This document shows, in pieces, positions 63,691-64,000 of a DNA stretch of 64,000 bases. The notes under the pieces are model-generated. The model did no database searches and was not told the DNA's origin. It worked only from the letters and a program-made list of their open reading frames with translations. The DNA lies in contig CM060733.1 in the NCBI GenBank assembly GCA_030704615.1, forward strand, positions 20,274,001-20,338,000, written 5' to 3'. The stretch comes from Takakia lepidozioides (Eukaryota; Plantae; Bryophyta). How positions within the stretch are numbered: position 1 is the stretch's first letter; each line of letters starts with the position of its first letter. Made by a program: the position numbers and the translations under genes.

Positions 63691-64000
63691 CCTTGGAGCA
63701 GTTCTCAGAGCTATTTCATTCCATGTTTTTTTCATTCTGTGCTACTTGCATCTTACTCACTTCGTGCTTTGGTGGGTTGGGATTTATCTCCTATTTAACA
63801 GGTACACGAAATATGTGCTTATGGAAGGAAATCACCTTAGCGGTATTCCAGACTATCTTGACATGTGGTCGGACCCTGCAAACGATTACCATGTATACTG
63901 TAGGGATATTGAAGGACTGGAGTCCTTCTCACTTCAGAGACTGTGGCTGGTACCTTGACTGCCCACCGGAGCACACGACCTTTCAAGAACAGCATATGAA

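Overview
Eukaryotic land-plant nuclear DNA, most consistent with a bryophyte such as a moss. This is an inference from the spliceosomal introns, the plant-type tRNAs, the Em LEA gene and an intronless PLS-DYW PPR with a KEPGR PG-box. From left to right the window holds: a degenerate Ty3/Gypsy LTR retrotransposon whose Pol ends in a PHD finger (~1.2-7.9 kb); a group-1 LEA (Em) gene with an ABRE promoter; an At4g13200-like plastid protein gene; a WD40 plus coiled-coil gene; a two-RRM gene; an Elongin-B-like gene; tRNA-Ile(AAT) and tRNA-Gly(GCC); LINE remnants; a degenerate two-B3 (REM-like) gene; a DYW-type PPR editing-factor ORF preceded by degenerate OSB-type PDF-motif exons; TIM8 (missed by the ORF track) head-to-head with AIP1; and an orphan ORF. 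From 53.8 kb to the end is a nested TE cluster. It contains LINEs, a gag fragment, a TTAA-flanked piggyBac-like non-autonomous element, and a Mutator-type DDE transposase with a WRKY/GCM-like N-terminal zinc finger and a C-terminal SWIM domain. Upstream of that transposase is an array of TTGAC-centred 24-bp palindromes. The most notable items are the PDF-PPR-DYW architecture, a PPR code that reads as a P-K-G-E-F/L-G-coding target (ndhH or nad7), the palindrome array with the WRKY/GCM-MULE, the piggyBac-like insertion and the PHD-bearing Gypsy. All exon coordinates were derived by eye and no database search was run.
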